64,000 nucleotides of DNA from a virus. Taxonomy: Duplodnaviria > Caudoviricetes. Under the pieces are notes generated by a model. It saw only the letters and a program-made list of their open reading frames with translations, did no database searches and had not been told where the DNA came from. The stretch's first letter is position 1. The number at the start of each line of letters is the position of its first letter. A program made the translations under genes and the position numbers. The stretch lies in IMG/VR virus record IMGVR_UViG_3300008116_000002, one strand, 5' to 3'. Positions 1 to 10,180 of the stretch are shown here, piece after piece.

Positions 1-82
1 ATCAATAAAGATGGTTTGGCTCAATTTACAATACTTGCATCATCATATGATGAAGCAGAGAAAAAGGCTTGGGATTATATAA

Positions 83-418
83 ATGGCGAAGGATCAACCA
101 CTTAAATCTTACACAGCAAACGTCGTTTCTATTCTTGAAAACGGCGATGCTGTGCTTCAACTACCTGACGATCTTCTAGCAGATATGCAATGGTCCGAAG
201 GTGATATTCTTGATATGAAAATTGAGAATGGTAGTATTGTGATGGAAAAGATTAATCATGAACATGATTTGGAAGAAATCACAACAAAACAAGATATCCA
301 TTCTATCAAAAATTATCCATTCTCAAGGGAAGGTAAAGCGTTTGCATGCAAGAAATGCCGCAAAGTCTGGCTCAAAGCCAAGGAAGCCGGCAAGGAAAAG
401 TGCATACCAAAAGATTAA
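83..418 (+). CDS. AbrB/MazE/SpoVT-like small DNA-binding protein
   Basis: N-terminal 50 aa fit the swapped-hairpin pattern (AVLQLPDDLLADMQWSEGDILDMKIENGSIVMEK); C-terminal CxxC. Confidence 0.5.
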   Translation: MAKDQPLKSYTANVVSILENGDAVLQLPDDLLADMQWSEGDILDMKIENGSIVMEKINHEHDLEEITTKQDIHSIKNYPFSREGKAFACKKCRKVWLKAKEAGKEKCIPKD

Positions 419-464
419 CACTTTATTAACGAAAATTAGCAATTTAACAACCGAAACTTTTTGC

Positions 465-493
465 TTGACTCCTAATCTGTTTGGCTATATAAT
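465..493 (+). promoter_or_regulatory. sigma70-type early promoter
   Basis: TTGACT-17 nt-TATAAT. Confidence 0.8.
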
Positions 494-499
494 TATGAT

Positions 500-805
500 A
501 TGGTTAGGAAAAAACGTTCCGATCGCAGGCACATTATATACAGTATCACCAATACTGTAACCGGCGATTTCTACATTGGCATTACTCAGGGCTTTCGACA
601 GAAAGATCTTAAAGTGCGTGTTCAAAAACATATTCGCAGAGCTTTGACTGAAGACAAAGACTGGGCTTTGTGCAAATCTATTCGCCACTATGGCGCAGAA
701 ACATTCTTTTCTCAAATACTAGAAGTAGTACGTGGCAAGACTGTCGCTCATAATTTTGAGCGTCAGCTTATTGCTGATTATTCACCCTCTCTTAATACAC
801 AATAG
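500..805 (+). CDS. small GIY-YIG nuclease-domain protein
   Basis: IIYSITNTVTGDFYIGIT motif, conserved R and late E/N (FERQLI...LNTQ). Confidence 0.75.
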   Translation: MVRKKRSDRRHIIYSITNTVTGDFYIGITQGFRQKDLKVRVQKHIRRALTEDKDWALCKSIRHYGAETFFSQILEVVRGKTVAHNFERQLIADYSPSLNTQ

Positions 806-807
806 AC

Positions 808-1092
808 ATGAGCGGATATCAAAGCAAGAAACTAATTGCCAGAACAATTGATGGCAGAGATTTTGAATTTTTAGGCATGACCAAGACTGAAAGGCGAATG
901 CTTGATAAAATTTGGAGTTTCGATACTAAGGATGAGCTGAAAGAATGGCAGGAGACTCTTTCAGAGGAAAAGGCACAATTGGCAGAGTCTTTAATTCTGC
1001 TAGTGCTATTAGAACACTTCGATAGATTTATTGAGGAAGCTGGAGATTATGAATTAGCTAACGAGGTGATTAGTAAATTCACATTGCACTGA
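808..1092 (+). CDS. hypothetical protein
   Basis: Tightly packed co-directional ORF. Confidence 0.7.
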   Translation: MSGYQSKKLIARTIDGRDFEFLGMTKTERRMLDKIWSFDTKDELKEWQETLSEEKAQLAESLILLVLLEHFDRFIEEAGDYELANEVISKFTLH

Positions 1093-1099
1093 GGTTAAT

Positions 1100-1399
1100 A
1101 TGAGCAAAATAGAAGATCGAGAAAAGCGTTTCAAGCGCCTGCAACGAGACAAAAATGCTGTTAAAAAGCAACTGCGAATAGTCAAAACTGTGGGAGGGCA
1201 TTCTAGATATGAGCGAGAGCCGCATAGGCTAGAAAAGCATCATGCAATGAATTGTGGTGACCCCACCTGCTCACTTTGTGCCAATCCTCGAAAGATGTTT
1301 GGGTTAAAGACATTTCAAGAAATTAAACTTGAGCAAAATTTAGAAGTAATACGTGATACCCATAGCAATGGGCTTTTAATTGGAGAAAGTAATGAGTGA
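1100..1399 (+). CDS. hypothetical protein with Cys/His motif
   Basis: GAGG RBS; HHAMNCGDPTCSLC. Confidence 0.7.
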   Translation: MSKIEDREKRFKRLQRDKNAVKKQLRIVKTVGGHSRYEREPHRLEKHHAMNCGDPTCSLCANPRKMFGLKTFQEIKLEQNLEVIRDTHSNGLLIGESNE

Positions 1400-1619
1400 C
1401 ATCTTGAATAAAACATATGATCGATTCGATCTTGAGCAAGGCATTATGGATTGCTGGAAGGTAACTGATGATATCAGTCTATTGTATGATAATTTGGACA
1501 GCATGGACGACGATCGTCGAATGAACTACATGCTGGGCCTTATGGAAATGTACACGTTGAAATTCGAAAAGACGTGGAGTATTTTTGAACAACTTGTTCA
1601 AGACAAAAAGATCACTTGA
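1380..1619 (+). CDS. hypothetical protein (start probably about 1392)
   Basis: GGAG RBS before ATG, operon packing. Confidence 0.65.
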   Translation: MEKVMSDILNKTYDRFDLEQGIMDCWKVTDDISLLYDNLDSMDDDRRMNYMLGLMEMYTLKFEKTWSIFEQLVQDKKIT

Positions 1620-1628
1620 ATATATAAT

Positions 1629-1814
1629 ATGACTAACAGTATATTATGGGAGGACATACAAATGCGAGAATTTAACTTTTATCTAGATGCCTGGAAATTC
1701 TGCTATCTCAATGACATTTCTTATAGCTTGATTAAGCGTAAAGATTGGGCAAGTTGGGTTGTGGAGTTTGGCAATATGAAGGTAGTAGATTTGCCTACTA
1801 CTCAGGCTGCATGA
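1629..1814 (+). CDS. hypothetical protein
   Basis: ORF in operon. Confidence 0.55.
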   Translation: MTNSILWEDIQMREFNFYLDAWKFCYLNDISYSLIKRKDWASWVVEFGNMKVVDLPTTQAA

Positions 1815-2424
1815 AACAAGAACCTACAGTTTTAGAAACAGTACTATGGATTTTACTTGCAGTATTTCTGGTGCTGCTTCTAACTGTAGGTTTTGATAGA
1901 GAAGAGGGTGATGAGTCATGTGGAAATACCATTTACAGAAACAACGACCACGGAAAGTCTTGCAATCAAGAGATTCCGATGGAAAAGATGACATGAAACT
2001 TAGAGATCAGGAATCTGCGCCATTGCAAGGTTTAATCATTGACTGGGATACTGCAGATCGTATTACTGTTGCATCTCTAAAAGATCATCTTGATTCGGTT
2101 AAAAAGCATAACGAACGCATTTCTCTGCAGACTGCAGAAAAGCCAAGTAAGCATTTGCAAGAGGACTTTGTATATAACATTAGATTAATCGAAGCGATGA
2201 CTGTGGTGTTATCTTATTTTGGTCATGAAGTCTGATAAAGAACATGCTATGAAATTGTTTACCTGTAAGGTGTGTAAGCAAAAGTATTGCGACACTAAAT
2301 TGTATTTCTACGGTACGAAATCTGAAAAATGTATGTGGTGTACTAAATTTCCGAAAAAGAAAAATGATAGACAATTTACTTGACATACTACTTTATTTTT
2401 TATTAGCATTGGCATTGTTGGTAG

Positions 2425-2670
2425 TTGCCAGAACAGCAGTTGATTTTTGGAGATCCACTCATGTTAAAGACGATTAAATACGTTTCTGTTCTTTTGATTA
2501 TTTGTTCTATTGCATTCGTTTTTTATGGAATAGGCAGAGTGAGCAAACGAGATCAGATTTATGGTTTGTGTATGCAGTATCATGCTGGTCTAACTAAGGG
2601 CGATGCGGATTTTACTTGCAAAAGTATTATGGCTGGACAACGTCATGCTTTTATTGAAAGACATGACTAA
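2425..2670 (+). CDS. membrane hypothetical protein (start probably 2461)
   Basis: GGAG RBS; hydrophobic N-terminal segment. Confidence 0.6.
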   Translation: MPEQQLIFGDPLMLKTIKYVSVLLIICSIAFVFYGIGRVSKRDQIYGLCMQYHAGLTKGDADFTCKSIMAGQRHAFIERHD

Positions 2671-3161
2671 TGACCATTAGGTTGTTTCAAAAGGTATACG
2701 ACCCATTATCCATCAATGATATGGAGTCTGATACTTATCATGCATTTGAGCCTGAGTATAATGCTGCAATTGTAGCTATACCGCGAGATGAAAGTGGTCA
2801 GTTCATGGGCAAATTCAAAGTAACCATTGACTGGATAGATGGCTGAGATAATACCCTTCCCAAGCAAGTCTAATACTGAACCTATGGTATGGTCGGACTA
2901 CTGGGAAGAAACTATTCCAATAGATGATATACTTAGTATATTGGAAAGAGTGAAGAAAGAGCAAAATGATAGAGCTAACGATTAGATCAAACTATGACAA
3001 AGTTGTCATATCAAATAAACATATCATTTGGATGTTCCCGCATGACAAGGGAACAACTGTACATATAACAGGTGATATGTCCTTCGAAGTTGTTGAAAAT
3101 ATAACAGAAATCTACAAGAAACTAGCCAAAGTTTATTAACACTTTGCTAATAACTTTTCGG

Positions 3162-3190
3162 TTGACACAGGCTCCAAGTTGTGCTATAAT
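3162..3190 (+). promoter_or_regulatory. sigma70-type early promoter
   Basis: TTGACA-17-TATAAT followed by AAGGAG RBS. Confidence 0.9.
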
Positions 3191-3218
3191 TATGTTATAG
3201 TAAAGAAAAGGAGAAAAT

Positions 3219-3431
3219 ATGTACGTAGCACGAGATTTCGGTAAGGTTCGCATTGTCCATGATGGTAGCCCTTTTGATAAGGCCTACGATATTGTCGTAG
3301 AAACTCTAGATGCAGATGGCACCTGGAAGTTCTATTCTGGTTATAACTCCCTTAGCAACGATTATGCACACGCTAGCGCAAATGACGCTGCAGCAAGGGC
3401 TATCAAGAAGATGGCTGCAGAAAATGCTTGA
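3219..3431 (+). CDS. early hypothetical protein
   Basis: Promoter and AAGGAG RBS directly upstream. Confidence 0.8.
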   Translation: MYVARDFGKVRIVHDGSPFDKAYDIVVETLDADGTWKFYSGYNSLSNDYAHASANDAAARAIKKMAAENA

Positions 3432-3456
3432 CAAGTTTTCGATTTGATTATATAAT
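3428..3456 (+). promoter_or_regulatory. sigma70-type early promoter
   Basis: TTGACA-17-TATAAT; downstream TTATAGT(A/G)AAGAAAAGGA shared with the 3162 promoter. Confidence 0.9.
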
Positions 3457-3485
3457 TTAGTTATAGTGAAGAAAAGGATAATATT

Positions 3486-3803
3486 ATGAAATTGCTAATT
3501 ACCACACAAGTTTTTGAAAACTACGCTTGGCAGGAAGATGGTTCGATCGGCAAAGGCGACGATGCCTACTGGAAGGCAAAGGGCGGCGACGAGTATGTTT
3601 TGCGTGGCATTAAAACTGCCGAGGAAGCAACAACCGCAGTAATGGCATTGCGTGAAGAAATTGAACGAGCAGATGACTATGTCGTAGAAACGATCATTGA
3701 TTATCAGTTAGTTGGTGATGACTATCTCACCGAGTATGAGCGTAGTCAGTTAGAGTTTGATGGTAAGATTCTATATCCTGCAAAAGAACTAGAGTGGGCG
3801 TAA
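3486..3803 (+). CDS. early hypothetical protein
   Basis: Promoter plus AAGGA RBS. Confidence 0.8.
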   Translation: MKLLITTQVFENYAWQEDGSIGKGDDAYWKAKGGDEYVLRGIKTAEEATTAVMALREEIERADDYVVETIIDYQLVGDDYLTEYERSQLEFDGKILYPAKELEWA

Positions 3804-3958
3804 GGAGTTAGTATGGCAGATCAGTCTTTACTAGATGTATTGTATAATGAACTTGTTCATTTGGATGAGATTGCTGGTGAATTGGATGAGGAAACCAACG
3901 CAGCAATAGACAAGCAGCGCTGGAAACTTTATAAACAAATTCAAGAGTTGGAGGCAGT

Positions 3959-4288
3959 ATGACTACAGTAGCAGAAGTTATGAAAGAGGCATTTGATGCA
4001 GCTCGACAGGCTAGTCAAAGTACTTTTGATCGACTGGGCGGCGATGGTTATGCTTGTGGTTTCGCCTGGGTAGAAGTAAGCAAGGTGCGTCGTAATTCAA
4101 AGCTCGGCAAAGAATTGATCGCATATGGATTTAAGCCTAGTTGGAAGTCTGGTCAGCTTGACATATGGAATCCCGGTGGTTTGAACGTACAGAATGTAGA
4201 TATCAAAGAAGATGGCGCATATGCATTTGCCCGTGTGCTTCGAGATAAGCTGGGCATTTCAGCTTGGGCTAGTTCGAGGTTAGACTAA
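3959..4288 (+). CDS. hypothetical protein (CGFAWV family seen in T4-like phages)
   Basis: GGAGG RBS; CGFAWV motif. Confidence 0.75.
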   Translation: MTTVAEVMKEAFDAARQASQSTFDRLGGDGYACGFAWVEVSKVRRNSKLGKELIAYGFKPSWKSGQLDIWNPGGLNVQNVDIKEDGAYAFARVLRDKLGISAWASSRLD

Positions 4289-4542
4289 TGGATAATCTAC
4301 TTTGGAAGTTGAATAGTTTTCTGTACAAGCGAGCACCCAGACTGCTCGCTGTACTTCAGACCTTCACTTTTGTAGAATGGTTGATGATTAGCTTCTGTGG
4401 TTTTATAGTTTTTTATAAGTTTAGTTAATGCTTCTTATTCTTAATACCATTTTCGCATTTGTGTATTGGCAATGGTCAAAAGAAGCCTTTGACGAAGGTA
4501 GAAATGTTCTTGGATATATGAACTTGTTTATATCTGCAATGA

Positions 4543-4767
4543 ATGGCGCTGCGGTGGCGGCAAACATATTTTGAGGTTACCATGTGGGTTCTAATCGTAA
4601 TGTTAATTGGTTCACAACCATACAATCAAAATCACAATTCAGGTAGTATCAAGGCAGTAATGCAGAGCAAAGAACAATGTCTGCAGATTAAGGAAAACAT
4701 CGAACGAAACTGGACTATTGATAAGTATCGAGTCAAGGCCGGTTGCAGCTTTATGGCACATCTATGA
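4543..4767 (+). CDS. small hypothetical protein (start probably at MWVLIV)
   Basis: GAGG RBS; signal-like N-terminus. Confidence 0.55.
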   Translation: MALRWRQTYFEVTMWVLIVMLIGSQPYNQNHNSGSIKAVMQSKEQCLQIKENIERNWTIDKYRVKAGCSFMAHL

Positions 4768-4954
4768 ACACTACTCTATTCACAATAGTTACCTTTGCTC
4801 TAATTTGGTTGTCTGGTCTGCAGACAGCAATCATTTTTAAAGCTTGGCAAGAGGGTATTGAAAGAGTGCCCGTTACTCAGACATTGTTATGTTTGTTGAC
4901 TACGGCAGGCGGGATACATTATTTGATTACTTTGGTTCGGATTGCGAGTAAAAT

Positions 4955-5212
4955 ATGACTTGGTGGAAAGTAGAAACAACCAGTAAGAAATCGGTTGAGG
5001 AGATTATGTACTTCAATCTCAATGACTGGCAAATAACATATATCACAGGATATCGTTGGGGTACTATTCTTGTCGAGTCTGATGAGAAGCCAGAATTTCA
5101 TCTGGACGAGAATGATGGTGTTGATATGTATTCTACAGGCTATGATTATGAATTGGATTCGTTGGATGATGGTTGGTTCTCAGATATACGACTGAGATCA
5201 TCAAGTTTATAA
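4955..5212 (+). CDS. hypothetical acidic protein
   Basis: ORF in operon. Confidence 0.6.
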   Translation: MTWWKVETTSKKSVEEIMYFNLNDWQITYITGYRWGTILVESDEKPEFHLDENDGVDMYSTGYDYELDSLDDGWFSDIRLRSSSL

Positions 5213-5399
5213 AGTACATACCTATTCTTGCAGGTATGGCGGGGGTTGGCTATGGCATTTACTATGCAGCGAATAATATGAAAGATCCCTATAAGTGTTA
5301 CAACAACCAGCTCTTTGAACAGAAAAACGTTTTATCAAACGTGTACATATTCAACGGCGAAACCTGCATAGACGGGAGCCTCAAAGAACAGGAGTAGGT

Positions 5400-5588
5400 A
5401 TGTTACAAGCAATCGTAATCGTGTTATTAGTATTAATGTCGCTCGTAGGATGTACAAACGAGTATGATCTGTGCATCGAACGACAGAAAGAGGAATTTAG
5501 ACAACGCAACCCTAAAGCGTCTTATGGTCAGTTACAGTCCAAACAGGCAGAATTTGAAATGATGTGCTCTTCTTATAAAAGGAAATGA
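5400..5588 (+). CDS. putative small lipoprotein
   Basis: Hydrophobic N-terminus with lipobox-like LVGC. Confidence 0.55.
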   Translation: MLQAIVIVLLVLMSLVGCTNEYDLCIERQKEEFRQRNPKASYGQLQSKQAEFEMMCSSYKRK

Positions 5589-5896
5589 TATGAATGATTC
5601 TTATGTTTTTACCGGTATTTTCGTTACCATTATTATTGGCTTCTTTGTTTTGCTCGGAGTTGCAAATGACAATACAACCAAATGCATAACCACAGCAATT
5701 GAAAAAGGCTACACCGCAGTTGAGGTTCAGGCGATCTGTAAATGAGTTGGTTTTTGGTATTTTGGTTACAGCATCCACAGAACTATGCAGAATATTCTCA
5801 GTTCAAATCTGAACGTGAGTGCAAGGATAGTCAGCTAGCCTGGCAACGCAGATTGGATATTGTAAAAAGTAAAATGATTGCAGAATGTAGAGAACG

Positions 5897-6151
5897 ATGA
5901 ACGAGGCACTAGTAATACTGCAGGAAGAATGCGCAGAAGTATCTCAGATCATTTCAAAGATACATCGCTTCGGACCAGATAGTAAACCACCAACCAGCAA
6001 CGATACGAACGTAACTCTGCTTCATAAGGAGCTGGGCGATTTACTGTGTATGATCAATATCTGCGTAGAGAAGAAACTTCTTGATGTAGAGCTATTGGAA
6101 CGATACGCAGAAGAAAAACGTGAGAAGTTAAAGTTATGGAGTAATCTATGA
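5897..6151 (+). CDS. MazG-like NTP pyrophosphohydrolase domain protein
   Basis: LQEECAEV...KELGDLL helical motif. Confidence 0.7.
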   Translation: MNEALVILQEECAEVSQIISKIHRFGPDSKPPTSNDTNVTLLHKELGDLLCMINICVEKKLLDVELLERYAEEKREKLKLWSNL

Positions 6152-6336
6152 ACGAACGAATTAGAGAATTATACTACGAGTGTCAGGATGAAAGTCAAAG
6201 CACCGAGCAATGCTATCAAAAGTTCGCTGAGTTGATCGTACAAGAATGTGCTGGTCTATTTCCATTAACGTTTACGGATGAGCAATACCAGCGACGCATT
6301 GATAAGACTATTATGAAACATTTTGGAGTTGAATAA
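6148..6336 (+). CDS. paralog family member (KFAELIVQEC...HFGVE)
   Basis: Motif shared with six other ORFs at 11.2-13.2 kb. Confidence 0.75.
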   Translation: MNERIRELYYECQDESQSTEQCYQKFAELIVQECAGLFPLTFTDEQYQRRIDKTIMKHFGVE

Positions 6337-6600
6337 TGAATGATCCCTTTTTAGCTTTTGTTATCGCAATGACGCTTTTTATCGGTGTTTCATTTGGTTT
6401 CATGTGGGGCAACAACGATTCGAAAGTAGCAATTCACGAATGCCAAAAGACCCTACCCCGCAACGTAAACTGCACCATCATCGCAGTCCCAGTAGACAAG
6501 AACTAATGACAATAGTGTCTCTGATCACATTCGTTTTTGGTTTGGCCCTGGGCGTCGGTATTACCATGGGTGTAATCCTCTTTACGTTATGGGAACCTGA

Positions 6601-6792
6601 ATGATCTTCTACTCTCACACAGAGTCCACAGAAGCAGAATTCTGTACAGATACTATCTCCCCCAGAACCGGTAAGCTCTACGATTACACATACTACATGG
6701 ACTTAAGTAAACGCTATAGAGATAGAACAATGCAGGACAACGAATACTTTGATCTACAAGTTCTACATAGAATGTTCAAATGGTACAAGTAA
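6601..6792 (+). CDS. hypothetical protein
   Basis: ORF in operon. Confidence 0.55.
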   Translation: MIFYSHTESTEAEFCTDTISPRTGKLYDYTYYMDLSKRYRDRTMQDNEYFDLQVLHRMFKWYK

Positions 6793-6939
6793 AATGAACT
6801 ATATTCTCACAGTATTTCTACTTACAACGAATCCGGTAAAGACCTATATGCAAGTAGAGTATCAGACCATAGAAGACTGTATACGATACGCAAATACGTT
6901 TAATGAATATCCGTTTTATGTAGAGTGTAAGAGACGAAA

Positions 6940-7149
6940 ATGATTGAAACAGAAATCGGCAAACGAATCCCAGAACTAATAAAAGCTTTAAACTCCATTA
7001 AAACCGAATATGCATATGAACAAGTGTTTATAGGAGAAGCGATATCATTACTTCTTCTATTAAAAGATCATTTGAACCACGGTATCTCATGCTACAAGTG
7101 CCGTAATGCATATTGTTTGGAAGACTGCGAGAATACTACTCAAAAATAG
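6940..7149 (+). CDS. hypothetical protein with CxxC...C motif
   Basis: ORF in operon. Confidence 0.55.
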   Translation: MIETEIGKRIPELIKALNSIKTEYAYEQVFIGEAISLLLLLKDHLNHGISCYKCRNAYCLEDCENTTQK

Positions 7150-7267
7150 CAATATAATCTGCTGCTAGCAATCGAAAAAGCAATATAGAATGCGGTCAAT
7201 CGAGCCTAAACAAAAGGCTATATTTATGGCTAAAAAGTATGAGAGTACGTAGAGAACGTTGAGTCCC

Positions 7268-7355
7268 CCGGCATAGGGCAGAGCCCGTGAGATCTCGTAG
7301 AGCAGAGCGGCATAGGGACTGAGCAGAGCTGACTGAGCGGCTTAGGGACTGAGCG
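7268..7355. repeat. three imperfect G-rich direct repeats CGGC(A/T)TAGGG(AC/C)(T/A)GAGC
   Basis: Copies near 7269, 7308 and 7338 in non-coding DNA, followed by a T-rich block with three TTAACTCT. Confidence 0.7.
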
Positions 7356-7501
7356 GGCGGCTGATATTATGTCTTTTATTATTTTATTAACTCTTATTAT
7401 TCTTTTAACTCTCCCGTCCTGGCGAGCAGACTTATTATATTATTAACTCTAGCGACCCCTCCTCCCCAAAAGTGTTATTATTTCGTTAAGCCAAAAAAAG
7501 C

Positions 7502-7530
7502 TTGACATTTTTTCCATTTTATCATATAAT
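7502..7530 (+). promoter_or_regulatory. sigma70-type early promoter
   Basis: TTGACA-17-TATAAT. Confidence 0.9.
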
Positions 7531-7536
7531 TATGAC

Positions 7537-8466
7537 ATGATAACAGAACAAGGACAAAATCAAATGGACGTAGTGATCAAATTCAACAAAGTCAAGAATC
7601 GCTTTGAGGGTTTTGTAGATGGTAAGATGGTATCCCGTAGCAGACACGAATCATACGTCAAAGATCAGCTAGCAAAGCTGGGCTTTATGGTAGGCAGCAA
7701 CAGCAACAATGTAACACAGAAAGTCGACGAGTTTGGCATTAACAAGCGCTTCGAGTTTGTAGAGCAAATGGTCAGCATGGTCAGCAAGAAGACTATAGCG
7801 TCAGCGATTATTACAGGCCAGGGTGGCTTGGGTAAGACTCACACAGTGTTGAAAGCTCTAGAGCGTGGTGGCTACACTAACATCACAGAGCTCGCAGAGT
7901 TTCAGGTCGGTACTGTAATGAATATGAGCAAGTGCTACAAGATCATTAAGGGCTTTAGCACAGCGAAGGGCTTGTACAGAACATTGTTCGAAGGTAATGG
8001 CTCAGTACTGGTATTCGATGACTGCGACAGCGTACTGAAGGATCCAGTAGCGTTGAACGTGCTGAAGGGTGCGTTGGACTCGTATGGTGAGCGTTATATT
8101 AATTGGAACTCGGACATGCGAGACGACGACCTCCCAAGGTCATTTAAGTTCACAGGTAGCATTGTGTTCATCAGCAACATGGACTTAGATCGTATCGACC
8201 AGGCGATTCGCTCGCGAGCATTGTGCGTAGACTTAAGCATGACTCAAGAGCAGAAAGTCGAGCGTATGGAAGTTCTGGTCGAGTCGCCAGAGTTCTTAGA
8301 AGAGTATGAGATTGCAGACAAGCGCAATGCGATTGCGTTTATACGTGAGCACAAAGACAGTGTAGCAAATCTGAGTTTGCGTACGTTGATTGCGACGACC
8401 AAGATCGCTGCAGAGGGCGGCGACTGGAAACAGTTAGCAAAGTATGTAATGACCCAGGGTGCTTAA
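7537..8466 (+). CDS. AAA+ ATPase (start may be 7564)
   Basis: Walker A GQGGLGKT, Walker B VLVFDDCD, sensor/Arg-finger region IRSR. Confidence 0.85.
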   Translation: MITEQGQNQMDVVIKFNKVKNRFEGFVDGKMVSRSRHESYVKDQLAKLGFMVGSNSNNVTQKVDEFGINKRFEFVEQMVSMVSKKTIASAIITGQGGLGKTHTVLKALERGGYTNITELAEFQVGTVMNMSKCYKIIKGFSTAKGLYRTLFEGNGSVLVFDDCDSVLKDPVALNVLKGALDSYGERYINWNSDMRDDDLPRSFKFTGSIVFISNMDLDRIDQAIRSRALCVDLSMTQEQKVERMEVLVESPEFLEEYEIADKRNAIAFIREHKDSVANLSLRTLIATTKIAAEGGDWKQLAKYVMTQGA

Positions 8467-8486
8467 TAAAGTATTAACACGTCCTT

Positions 8487-8512
8487 AGCCCCAGTTCGCT
8501 GGGGTTCTTTTT
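8487..8512 (+). terminator. Rho-independent terminator
   Basis: AGCCCCAG-TTCG-CTGGGGTT plus T tract after the ATPase. Confidence 0.85.
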
Positions 8513-8593
8513 ATTCTGATAATTAGCAAAACAACAACCGGAGGCGCGCCCGTCCAATAGTTTTCCCCTATAGCCCCAATAGGCACAATCAAT

Positions 8594-8622
8594 TAGACAA
8601 GTTGTCCAAAGTGTGCTATAAT
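8594..8622 (+). promoter_or_regulatory. sigma70-type early promoter
   Basis: TAGACA-17-TATAAT. Confidence 0.8.
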
Positions 8623-8653
8623 CGAAGCACAATAAGGAAAAGGGAAAAAAGAA

Positions 8654-8938
8654 ATGGACAAAGAAATTGCAGTGTATGGAATGACCCGTGAGGACATCGA
8701 AGAGTTCTACATTAACAGTATCACAGCAAAGCTCAGCGGTCTGGAGATGGTGGTAGCAGGTATCCTAAGTGATTGTCAGGAACTAGCAGGTAACACAGAA
8801 CAAGTGCGCAAGCAACTGAACGTAGCAAAGTTTATTTTGTTCAGAATGATGGAAGAAGATGATGTGCGGGCTCAGTATCGTAAGAAGGTAGCATCGCTCA
8901 AGGATATCCCAGCAAATTATGGTAAGGAGACAGTATAA
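8654..8938 (+). CDS. early hypothetical protein
   Basis: Promoter upstream; chained overlapping ORFs follow. Confidence 0.75.
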   Translation: MDKEIAVYGMTREDIEEFYINSITAKLSGLEMVVAGILSDCQELAGNTEQVRKQLNVAKFILFRMMEEDDVRAQYRKKVASLKDIPANYGKETV

Positions 8939-9129
8939 TGTATTACGGAATGTTCACAGATGAAGGTAACAGAGTAGTTGACGGTATCGTAATTGCAGCA
9001 AGAGAGCTGATGATGGACTGGGGTAAGGTAGAGGAACTCCTAGCACTTCTAGCAACTCGCGAGGGGTTCGGCGAGGCAACAGACACAGCAGTTCGTGAAT
9101 ATGTTTATGAGGCATTGGAGGGAGTATGA
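8938..9129 (+). CDS. hypothetical protein (MYYGMFTDEGN family)
   Basis: AAGGAG RBS; stop/start overlap. Confidence 0.7.
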   Translation: MYYGMFTDEGNRVVDGIVIAARELMMDWGKVEELLALLATREGFGEATDTAVREYVYEALEGV

Positions 9130-9268
9130 GAATGACCAAAGAAGAGAAAGAGCTGTTCGAGAAGCGATTTCTAGAAGCGATGAAAAAGCGCGAAGATCTA
9201 GTTAAAGCAGGTCGCAAGGCACTTAGAGAAGCCCGTATAGAAGCCCGTAGAAAAGCAATGGAGCGAGT

Positions 9269-9457
9269 ATGAGATTCCCTAATTTAATGCAAGAAGCAGA
9301 AGCAATTATGCAGGCATGGTCAGACTTTACGTTATATGACGCAATAGTGTTCATAGCAGATGACGCACAAGAGTACTCGAAACAGGTCAGAGACGAGCTT
9401 GACGAATTGCTAAGTGACGAAGAGTTCTCAATTAACACAGTATGGAGCATAGTATGA
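9269..9457 (+). CDS. hypothetical protein
   Basis: GGAG RBS. Confidence 0.6.
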   Translation: MRFPNLMQEAEAIMQAWSDFTLYDAIVFIADDAQEYSKQVRDELDELLSDEEFSINTVWSIV

Positions 9458-9727
9458 AACAGTATAAAATCTACATTGACAAGCACGATGGCTCGAAGAA
9501 CTACACCATTTACGCAACATCCCGAGAACAAGCAGTTCAAGTATTTCGATCAACATTCGGATACAAGAACCTCATTGACATCGTAGTGGAGATTCGCTAA
9601 TGGCAGCAATAAAAGACCTTTTAATACGAATACTCGAACTCTACGAAACGGGGTACAGTATTGGGGAGATCTCTGATATAGTACAAATGCCCGTCAGCGT
9701 AGTCGAAGACACGATACAGACCTGGGC

Positions 9728-9937
9728 ATGATCTCCGGACTCGCATTATTGGTAATAGGCCTTGTTATAGGGTCTCTGTTAGGATCCCACGTAGGGCATA
9801 TGATATCGGGTGGGATTCTAGCATTACTACTATTTCACCCGCAGACCCAGGAACTGAGAGAAGTTCTGATCATGACCTACGAGAAGGCCAGCCCAGAGAT
9901 TATCAGAACAGCGACGGAAGCCCTACAGAAGCCATAG
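9728..9937 (+). CDS. membrane hypothetical protein
   Basis: Two hydrophobic segments. Confidence 0.55.
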   Translation: MISGLALLVIGLVIGSLLGSHVGHMISGGILALLLFHPQTQELREVLIMTYEKASPEIIRTATEALQKP

Positions 9938-10128
9938 GGGTTTGCTATAGGACCCCCTATAATTATAGTTTAAGGCTATGGTTCTCTAGAAGGGATATAG
10001 AGCACCTACCCCTTATTCATCCATATTCCGAATCTACTCTATGTCCTCCCCATTTCCATTTTCAAATCTTTTTCCAAAAAAATTTCCCCCAGAAAAATTT
10101 CCCAGAAATCCGCCGCCTAAAATAGTGC

Positions 10129-10157
10129 TTGACACAGAGTCCTTTTTATTATATAAT
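10129..10157 (+). promoter_or_regulatory. sigma70-type early promoter
   Basis: TTGACA-17-TATAAT then AGGAG RBS. Confidence 0.9.
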
Positions 10158-10180
10158 CTATTCACATTATAGGAGCTGAT

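Noticed and set aside
7260-7360. Repeats that might be a mini CRISPR array
   Set aside because: Only three degenerate ~16-nt units with irregular short spacing, and no cas genes.
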